Shown: positions 13,811 to 14,190 of the stretch, piece after piece | Layout of the letters: each line of letters opens with the position of its first letter | Numbering within the stretch: position 1 is the stretch's first letter | Assembly (NCBI GenBank): GCA_937899865.1 | Contig: CALBRH010000029.1 | Span: forward strand, 1 to 14,190 | Reading direction: 5' to 3' | Source: an uncultured euryarchaeote | GTDB taxonomy: Archaea > Thermoplasmatota > Poseidoniia > Poseidoniales > Poseidoniaceae | DNA length: 14,190 bases | Position numbers and translations under genes: made by a program | Notes under the pieces: model-generated | Database searches by the model: none | The model's input: the letters and a program-made list of their open reading frames with translations, nothing else | What the model was told of the DNA's origin: nothing

Positions 13811-14190
13811 ATGTCCATGGAATGGCCAAACGAGGCGTATGCCAAATCGCTGTTTCCTAGTTTGCCACTTTCTAAGTCGATAGTAGAACCGTCAAGTGAA
13901 GGCTACATTCCTACGCTTTCAAACGAAGAACCAGTATGGCACATTTTTGTAGAAGGGAAGGAACGTAATTTGAAACATCAAATTAACGTGCTCGGGTCGA
14001 TTAGGCTGGAGTTAATAGACCGCAAAACCCTGTCAGATACAATCACTTTTGATGAGTCTAAAGGCCCAGTTATGATTGAACAGGGAGCAATAATCGAACC
14101 ATCAACCCATTTTATTGGGCCTTGTTTTGTTGGTAAAAATGCAGTGATAAGGCATGGCGCATACATTAGGGAGAATGCTTGGATATGTTC
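13811..14190 (+). CDS. Left-handed beta-helix (hexapeptide repeat) GlmU/acyltransferase-like protein, 3'-truncated
   Basis: Not in the ORF track because it has no stop in the window. My translation from ATG 13811 (or 13817) is open to the end: MSMEWPNEAY...TITFDESKGPVMIEQGAIIEPSTHFIGPCFVGKNAVIRHGAYIRENAWIC. This matches the GlmU-type LbH pattern GPVxIxxGAxIxP...GPCxVGxNAxI. Confidence 0.8.
   Translation, partial: MSMEWPNEAYAKSLFPSLPLSKSIVEPSSEGYIPTLSNEEPVWHIFVEGKERNLKHQINVLGSIRLELIDRKTLSDTITFDESKGPVMIEQGAIIEPSTHFIGPCFVGKNAVIRHGAYIRENAWIC

Noticed and set aside
346-14166. Remaining short ORF-track entries (for example 346-537, 479-772, 1061-1267, 4367-4549, 4585-4809, 4801-5103, 5620-5889, 7698-7931, 8037-8294, 8675-8881, 8730-8981, 10210-10476, 10928-11113, 12788-12997, 12998-13267, 13978-14166)
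   Set aside because: All overlap better-supported genes on the opposite strand or in another frame and show no family motifs.
1-14190. CRISPR arrays, tRNA/rRNA genes, inteins, transposases/integrases, defence systems and frameshifted or recoded genes
   Set aside because: I saw no periodic repeats or cloverleaf-like segments, and the gaps are too short for most RNAs. All recognised genes are intact single ORFs without intein or recoding signatures. A tRNAscan-SE/Infernal run would confirm the RNA negatives.

Overview
An AT-rich, tightly packed archaeal chromosomal segment, most consistent with marine Thermoplasmatota (Ca. Poseidoniales/Marine Group II-like). This placement is inferred from archaeal markers (PriL, MptE, DUF373, Pcc1-like) and the gene style, not from a database search. 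There are about 16 protein genes. In order: a 5'-truncated MMPL/RND transporter, a LURP-one/tubby-like protein, an FAD oxidoreductase, xth, pcc1 (minus), hflX, a membrane protein with a carboxypeptidase-regulatory-like domain, a beta-propeller protein, mptE (minus), priL, a DUF373 protein, a CBS-pair protein (minus), a Zn-ribbon protein, an unknown 271-aa protein, a small basic winged-helix protein and a 3'-truncated left-handed beta-helix protein. I saw no rRNA, tRNA, CRISPR array, integrase or transposase, so this reads as core genome rather than an accessory island. No complete novel system is demonstrable from the sequence alone. The best leads are: (i) a mirror-symmetric 48-bp divergent pcc1/hflX promoter, part of a recurring non-canonical, probably leaderless promoter pattern; (ii) an HflX with altered G4/G5 motifs; (iii) a possible lipid-handling trio at the left end; (iv) a divergent GGCT-fold-like protein and a DUF3860-like winged-helix protein at the right end; (v) nested inverted repeats at 12105-12232.
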